DNA from: Acidobacteriota bacterium
Lineage (GTDB): Bacteria; Acidobacteriota; UBA890; WLXD01
Assembly (NCBI GenBank): GCA_965248695.1
Contig: CBDFKD010000002.1
Span: 5,536,001 to 5,600,000, forward strand
Reading direction: 5' to 3'
DNA length: 64,000 bases
In this document: piece by piece, positions 58,815 to 64,000 of the stretch
How the letters are laid out: every line of letters begins with the position of its first letter
Position numbering within the stretch: position 1 is the stretch's first letter
Notes under the pieces: generated by a model
The model's input: the letters and a program-made list of their open reading frames with translations, nothing else
Told to the model about the DNA's origin: nothing
Database searches by the model: none
Program-made: the position numbers and the translations under genes

Positions 58815-59360
58815 TTACGCCGGCAGCACCGCGGCCCGCAGCGTGCCGGTAATATCCACCTGATCGTGAGCTTCGAAGCTATCCCCGCTGAACGAAACCT
58901 TGAACTGGATCGGTTCGGTTCGAGACAGTCGGTGGGAAGGTATCTCGGCGACGCCCACGGCGATTCCCTGCTCATTGGCATGCGCGTCGATGCGAGCAAG
59001 CGTTGCGCCCTTCTGGATTACTTCGACGTGAACGGCTTGGGCGGAAGCGAGGAACACCGCCTGAAAGCTCGCCTCGATGACGGGGCTCACTGCGATCTTC
59101 GACGTGACCGATCTCGCGAACCGCAGTCGTACCGACCGCATTCCGCGGGCTGGGGTGTGCTGAGTGACGACTAGGTTCCGGCCTACGGAGACGCCCGTGA
59201 CGATGGGGGCACTGCCCACCGCAGAGTGCGCTGGAGTGCGGAATGACATTGCAAGTGCGATGCACAGCACCGCGCATGTGATGTGCCTCGTCCGTGTGCA
59301 GAATCCGTGCGAGCCCATTGACTTGACTCCTCTCAGGCAGAGACGGTTGACCCTGTCCAT
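58815..59360 (-). CDS. Hypothetical, possibly exported protein
   Basis: Best ORF in the gap; hydrophobic stretch then beta-rich sequence; no recognisable motif. Confidence 0.35.
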   Translation of the reverse strand: MDRVNRLCLRGVKSMGSHGFCTRTRHITCAVLCIALAMSFRTPAHSAVGSAPIVTGVSVGRNLVVTQHTPARGMRSVRLRFARSVTSKIAVSPVIEASFQAVFLASAQAVHVEVIQKGATLARIDAHANEQGIAVGVAEIPSHRLSRTEPIQFKVSFSGDSFEAHDQVDITGTLRAAVLPA

Positions 59361-59492
59361 TAACGCGGAAACAACGCGTAGTCTGGCTCACCGGCCGCAG
59401 CTACTAGACTATGTCTGGAAAGGGTTCTCGCAGATCGTGGCGATTTCTACCAACGGAGGGCGGCCCCCAGCGCGCATCCGACCCGGCGAGCG

Positions 59493-61940
59493 ATGATGAT
59501 GGAGGTGAGCAGGATGCCGAGGTTGGAGCGCGGACAGCGCGGACAGCGTGTACCGCGACCCCACACGATGGCAGCGCTCATCGTTGGCGCGTCCGTTTTG
59601 GCGCTCGTGCCCACGATCGGCTGTGGCCCGGGAGCGTCACCGGAGGCCGACCTCGACCGGCTCCGCGGCGACCGCAAGCTCAACGTCGTGCTGGTGACGC
59701 TCGACACGACGCGCGCCGACCGCATCGGCGCTTACGGCTTCGATGAGGTCGACACGCCGGCCATCGACGCGCTTGCCGGCCGCGGCATCACCTTCATGCG
59801 CGCCTACGCCTCGACGCCGCTGACGCTGCCCTCCCACACGTCGCTGTTCACCGGAACCCATCCCCCTTATCACGGGGTGCGCGACAACGGCGTCCACATC
59901 GCGCCCGAAGCGCTACAGACCATGGCCGAGAGCTTCCAGGCGGCTGGCTACCGCACCGGCGCCTTCGTCGGCGCCTTCGTCCTCGACTCGCGCTGGGGCC
60001 TGGCCCAGGGGTTCGACCGGTACTTCGACGATTTCGACCTGCCCACCGAGCGAGCGATTTTTCTTAGCCGCCTGCAGCGTTCCGGATCCGAGGTCATCGA
60101 CACTGCCCTGGCGTGGGCCCTAGAGGACGACACGACCCCGTTCTTCATGTGGGTACACCTGTACGATCCGCACACCCCGTACGAGCCGCCTGAACCCTTC
60201 AGGTCGCGATACACTGACCGGCCCTATGTGGGTGAGATCGCCTGGACCGACTCCTTGGTGGGCAGGCTGACATCGTGGCTGGACGACTCCGGCCGGTCCG
60301 ACGAGACCTACGTCGTGGTGGCAGCCGATCACGGAGAGAGTCTCGGTGAGCACGGAGAGGCCGAGCACGGGTTGCTGCTGTACGAATCCGCTATCCGAGT
60401 GCCGTTGATTATCGCCACGCCGTTCGACGAGCCGCAGGGAATCCAGCGCCACGAGCTGGTCTCGTTGATCGACGTCATGCCGACCGTGCTGGAGTTGACC
60501 GGGCTGGAGACTCCCGAGGACGTGCACGGCAGCAGCCTGGTTCCTCTGTTTGCCGAGGCGGCCGACGTCGAGGACTGGCCTGATAGGCGCATCTACGCCG
60601 AGACCTTCTACCCGCGTCTCCATTTCGGCTGGAGCGAGCTCCAGGCGATCGTCGAGCCCACCCACAAGCTCATCATCTCGCCCGAGCCGGAGCTCTACGA
60701 TCTTCTGCAGGACCCCGAGGAGCAGCAGGACCTCGCATCAGAGCGCGCCGCCACCGCAGAGGCGCTGCGCCGGGAGGCCGAGGAGCTGGTGGCATGGCTC
60801 GAGGAGAACGCCAACCCGGCGAACGTCGTCACGCTCGACCAGGAGACCCGCCAGCGGCTCGCTGCGCTCGGCTACATCGGCGGCGGCTACAGCGCCGATG
60901 CCAACGACCCGGACGTCGAGCTTGCCAACCCGAGGGACAAGATCGAGATCTACAACGACCTGCTGCGGGCTCGCCGTCTAACCGTCAAAGACGAACTTGC
61001 TGAGGCCGAGGCGCTCCTGAGGGGGGTCATCGCTGAGGATGCCGGAGTGGTCGATGCGCACCAGTCGCTAGGCAACTTGCTCTTCGAGCAGCGCCGCTAC
61101 GACGAAGCGATCGAGGTCTTCGAGATTGCACTTTCCATGAGGCCCGAGGATGCGGCCCTGGTGCTCTTTCTCACCAGCACGCAGCGGCAGGCCGGCCGGC
61201 TGGGCGATGCCGAGAGGGTGTTGCTGGACTTCATTGACGTCCTCGAGCCACCGGATGCCCGGCTGTACATCAGCCTCGGGCGCATCAAGCAGACCAAGCG
61301 CGCCTACGCCGAGGCGGCGACCTATTTCAGCGAGGCGTTGCGCCTCAGCGAGGATGCTCCGGCGAACAACATCACTGCCGCCGCGCACGTCGGGCTCGGG
61401 GCAGTCCAGCTGGCCGCGGGCCGACTGCGGCTGGCGGAGGAGCATCTGAACCTGGCACGCGGCTTCAACGACAGCCTCGCCGACCTGCACTTCCAGCGCG
61501 CCTTGCTTTTCGAGGCCAGGGAACAGCCGGATGAGGCGATCGCCGCCTACCTCCGCGAGCTCGAGAACGCGCCGGGCAATCTCGAAGCCGCCTTCAAGCT
61601 GAGCGTCATCTACCGCAACCGCATCGACCTCGCCGAGGAGGAGCGGTACCTGCGTCTGGCCCTCGAAATCGAACCGCGGTTCCCCACCGGGCGCCTGTTC
61701 CTCGCCCGCATCTACCTGGTGAAGAACGAGCGCCTCGACGAGGCCGTGCCGCTCGTCGAGGGGGCACTGGAGCAACTCGAGTCGGCGGCGGCGCGTGGAA
61801 TGCCGCAAGAGGTCACCAGGCAGGACCGGGTGCTGGGTCATCTCTTGCTGGCGGATATCTACAATCGACTCGGCAGGAACGAGCTCTCCAACCAGCACGC
61901 GCGTCTCGGAACGCAGCTGCGTGCCGGCACGCAGCGCTGA
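59493..61940 (+). CDS. Sulfatase-like hydrolase/transferase with C-terminal TPR repeats
   Basis: VTLDTTRAD, PLTLPSHTSLFTG, HLYDPH, ADHGESLGEHGE, LAALGYI, TPRs. Likely lipoprotein start at 59568. Confidence 0.88.
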   Translation: MMMEVSRMPRLERGQRGQRVPRPHTMAALIVGASVLALVPTIGCGPGASPEADLDRLRGDRKLNVVLVTLDTTRADRIGAYGFDEVDTPAIDALAGRGITFMRAYASTPLTLPSHTSLFTGTHPPYHGVRDNGVHIAPEALQTMAESFQAAGYRTGAFVGAFVLDSRWGLAQGFDRYFDDFDLPTERAIFLSRLQRSGSEVIDTALAWALEDDTTPFFMWVHLYDPHTPYEPPEPFRSRYTDRPYVGEIAWTDSLVGRLTSWLDDSGRSDETYVVVAADHGESLGEHGEAEHGLLLYESAIRVPLIIATPFDEPQGIQRHELVSLIDVMPTVLELTGLETPEDVHGSSLVPLFAEAADVEDWPDRRIYAETFYPRLHFGWSELQAIVEPTHKLIISPEPELYDLLQDPEEQQDLASERAATAEALRREAEELVAWLEENANPANVVTLDQETRQRLAALGYIGGGYSADANDPDVELANPRDKIEIYNDLLRARRLTVKDELAEAEALLRGVIAEDAGVVDAHQSLGNLLFEQRRYDEAIEVFEIALSMRPEDAALVLFLTSTQRQAGRLGDAERVLLDFIDVLEPPDARLYISLGRIKQTKRAYAEAATYFSEALRLSEDAPANNITAAAHVGLGAVQLAAGRLRLAEEHLNLARGFNDSLADLHFQRALLFEAREQPDEAIAAYLRELENAPGNLEAAFKLSVIYRNRIDLAEEERYLRLALEIEPRFPTGRLFLARIYLVKNERLDEAVPLVEGALEQLESAAARGMPQEVTRQDRVLGHLLLADIYNRLGRNELSNQHARLGTQLRAGTQR

Positions 61941-61942
61941 AG

Positions 61943-63157
61943 ATGCGGGCGACGGTAGGGTGGGTCGGCTTGCACGTCGTCGTGTCCTGTTTTCTGGCCG
62001 CTCCGAACCCTCGCGATTCGATCGCGGAGAAATCGGCCTCGCCGGGTGGTATGGGAGCGAACACCACCGCCGCACGGGAAACAGGGACCGCGCAGACGCC
62101 AGAATACGACCAGGCGATCCAGGCGGGTGCGGCGGCGCTGCAGGCCGGCGACTTCGAGTCGGTTCTCAGGGCGACGACGGCCTATGAGCGTGCCCGCGAG
62201 CTGCGGCCGGAGAGTGTCGAAGCCTGCCTGGGGCTCGGCCGCTCGTACCGCCGCCTGTCCCTCCACGAGGAGACCCTCGCCCTCGTCGACGAGTGCCCCC
62301 CGCACCCGAACCTCGAACTGATGAGGGGCCGCACGCTGCTCCGGATGGGCATGGGGTCGGCGGCGCGAGCCGCCTTGGAGGCGGCGACGATGGCAGGCTC
62401 CGTGGAAGCGCGATTCGATCTCGCATTGCTGGTGCGGGATGAGGGCGATCTCGACGTCGCGGTGGAGCAGCTCGAAGCACTGATCCGGGTGCGGCCGCGC
62501 CGAGCGCTGGCGCACGTGCGCCTTGCCGAGCTGCACATCGATCGCGACGAGATCTCGGCCGCCGAGGAGTTGCTCCAGCGCGTTCTCAGCATGGAGGCCT
62601 GCTGCGCGGCGCAGGCGCACAACCTGCTCGGGTCCGTTCGCTACAAGGCCAGCGACCTAGAGGGTGCGGTAATGCACGCACGCGAGGCAATCAAGCTCGA
62701 CCCCGAGCTCAAGCTGGCTCATTACAACCTGGCGCTCGCCCTTCGCGCCAGCGGTCAGCGCCAAGAGGCCGAACGGGCGATGCAGCACTTCCAGGAGATG
62801 ACCAGCGCCGAGGAACAGCGCGAGCTCGACCAGAATCAGGCCACGCAGATCGGCCTGCGGAACGCACAGGGGCTCTACTACTTCCGCCGAGAACGCCCAG
62901 CCGAGGCGCTGGAGATCTTCGAGGCCGCGCTCGAGTTAGCGCCCGACGACGCTCTGATCCACTTCAACATCGGCCTGTCCAGGGCGGCGCTCTTTCAGCA
63001 CGAGGGTGCGATCACAGCACTGGAGAGAGCGCGCGAGCTGCAGCCGCAACGTGCGGAGACCTACGAGGTGCTCGCCGCCGTCTACCTTGCACTCGGTCGC
63101 GTCGACGACGCAGAGCGCATCGAAGAGCTGCGTCAGCAGCTCGAGGGGCAGCGCTGA
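61943..63157 (+). CDS. Tetratricopeptide repeat protein
   Basis: Multiple TPR units (AHNLLG, AHYNLA, IHFNIG). Confidence 0.85.
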   Translation: MRATVGWVGLHVVVSCFLAAPNPRDSIAEKSASPGGMGANTTAARETGTAQTPEYDQAIQAGAAALQAGDFESVLRATTAYERARELRPESVEACLGLGRSYRRLSLHEETLALVDECPPHPNLELMRGRTLLRMGMGSAARAALEAATMAGSVEARFDLALLVRDEGDLDVAVEQLEALIRVRPRRALAHVRLAELHIDRDEISAAEELLQRVLSMEACCAAQAHNLLGSVRYKASDLEGAVMHAREAIKLDPELKLAHYNLALALRASGQRQEAERAMQHFQEMTSAEEQRELDQNQATQIGLRNAQGLYYFRRERPAEALEIFEAALELAPDDALIHFNIGLSRAALFQHEGAITALERARELQPQRAETYEVLAAVYLALGRVDDAERIEELRQQLEGQR

Positions 63158-63212
63158 AGAGCTCCGTCAGCAGCCCCGAGGGACAGCACTGAAGAGCTCC
63201 GTCAGCTGCCCC
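63122..63212 (+). repeat. About 2.6 tandem copies (34-35 bp) of the TPR gene's 3' end
   Basis: GAAGAGCT(G/C)CGTCAGC... begins at 63122, 63156 and 63191. Confidence 0.8.
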
Positions 63213-63219
63213 AAAACGA

Positions 63220-63252
63220 AACGAGCAGGGTGCGGTCAGCACCCTGCTCGTT
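63220..63252. terminator. Intrinsic terminator between convergent genes
   Basis: 14-bp stem AACGAGCAGGGTGC-ggtca-GCACCCTGCTCGTT; T-rich tail on the minus strand. Confidence 0.8.
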
Positions 63253-63273
63253 CCTTCTTAGAGTGTCAGTGGC

Positions 63274-64000
63274 TCAGAAGGAGAGTCGCACACCCACCCG
63301 GAACTGCCTGCCGGGCAGGTATGAGCCCGAGTTCGTGGGCTGCCCGACGCGGGAGGTGCCGTCGCTGAAGGTCCGGTCGATTCGCCCATTCACGCCGGTC
63401 GGGGAGAAGGCGTTGAGCATGTTGAATCCGTCGAGCATCAACTCTACGCGGCCACTGTCCCCGTAATTGAAGGACTTCGAGAACCGCAGATCGAGCTGTT
63501 TATGGGCATCCCACCGCCTGCTGCGGACCGGCTCGATGGCCGTGGTGCTGTAGTCGGCGTTGCTCAATTGCGGGATCCCCCGGGATCCGTGCCTGATACT
63601 GAGGTTCCAGGGCCGACCCGACGACAGGTTGAAGTACATACCCGCGAGGATGCCTCCGGGCAGCCTGTAGTTGCTCAGCACCTTCCAGCTCCACGCCCTG
63701 CTGAAGCGCAACGGCCCCGACTCGGCGAAGGGGTGGCCAACGAAGTTCGGGTTGTCTGCTTGGTCAATGCCCCTACCCCAGACGCTCTGGCCGTCGCCGT
63801 TCTCCTTCGTTCCACGGTTGTTCTGGTAGGTGAGGGAGGTGCTGAAGTTGAGGCCGGAACCCGTTCGCCGTCGGTCCAGCGTAAGGGTCACGATGTCGTG
63901 CGTTCGTTTGTAGTAGTCGTCGTTGGAGTAGACGTTGTTGACCTGGCCGCTCTCTTTTTGGTAGAGCGTCTGGGTCAACGGGGTGTCGAGGAACCCGGGC
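63274..64000 (-). CDS. C-terminal part of a TonB-dependent receptor (Oar-like)
   Basis: SGRPWN, LDLRFSKSF, LDGFNMLN, GRQFRVGVRLSF terminus; frame open to the window edge. Confidence 0.85.
   Translation of the reverse strand, partial: PGFLDTPLTQTLYQKESGQVNNVYSNDDYYKRTHDIVTLTLDRRRTGSGLNFSTSLTYQNNRGTKENGDGQSVWGRGIDQADNPNFVGHPFAESGPLRFSRAWSWKVLSNYRLPGGILAGMYFNLSSGRPWNLSIRHGSRGIPQLSNADYSTTAIEPVRSRRWDAHKQLDLRFSKSFNYGDSGRVELMLDGFNMLNAFSPTGVNGRIDRTFSDGTSRVGQPTNSGSYLPGRQFRVGVRLSF

Noticed and set aside
63122-63212. Possible mini-CRISPR array
   Set aside because: Units are contiguous tandem copies of coding sequence without unique spacers; no cas genes in the window.

Overview
High-GC bacterial chromosomal DNA, most likely Acidobacteriota (inferred from GWxTD, ADOP-permease, acidobacterial VWA and kinase-tail signatures). 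Positions ~1-23.4 kb form an accessory, decaying region that ends at the 3' end of tRNA-Sec. It holds an apparently exported adenosine deaminase plus nucleoside phosphorylase pair, an IS256, two apparently identical inverted IS3 copies, a large FG-GAP/Ig/BACON surface protein, a Tat-exported spermidine-dehydrogenase-like flavoprotein lying between two scars of a kinase gene, a higBA module, and integrase/methyltransferase/phage debris. Positions ~23.6-47.3 kb are housekeeping genes (tRNA-Ala, thiD, bamD, rpe, rsmB, fmt, def, truA, galE, cdsA, rseP, ndk, mdh, icd, serA, mobA, apgM), with several leaderless and bidirectional promoters and an unexplained 181-nt rod-like inverted-repeat element. 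Positions 47.5-58.8 kb are a respiratory cluster: three uncharacterised upstream genes, Rieske protein, split b6-type cytochrome b with the heme-ci Cys, an octaheme cytochrome c, a cupredoxin-like lipoprotein, and ctaA/ctaB/DUF420, with no oxidase subunits. The window ends with a Thr-type sulfatase-like TPR protein, a TPR protein and part of a TonB-dependent receptor. All calls come from reading motifs by eye; no searches were run.
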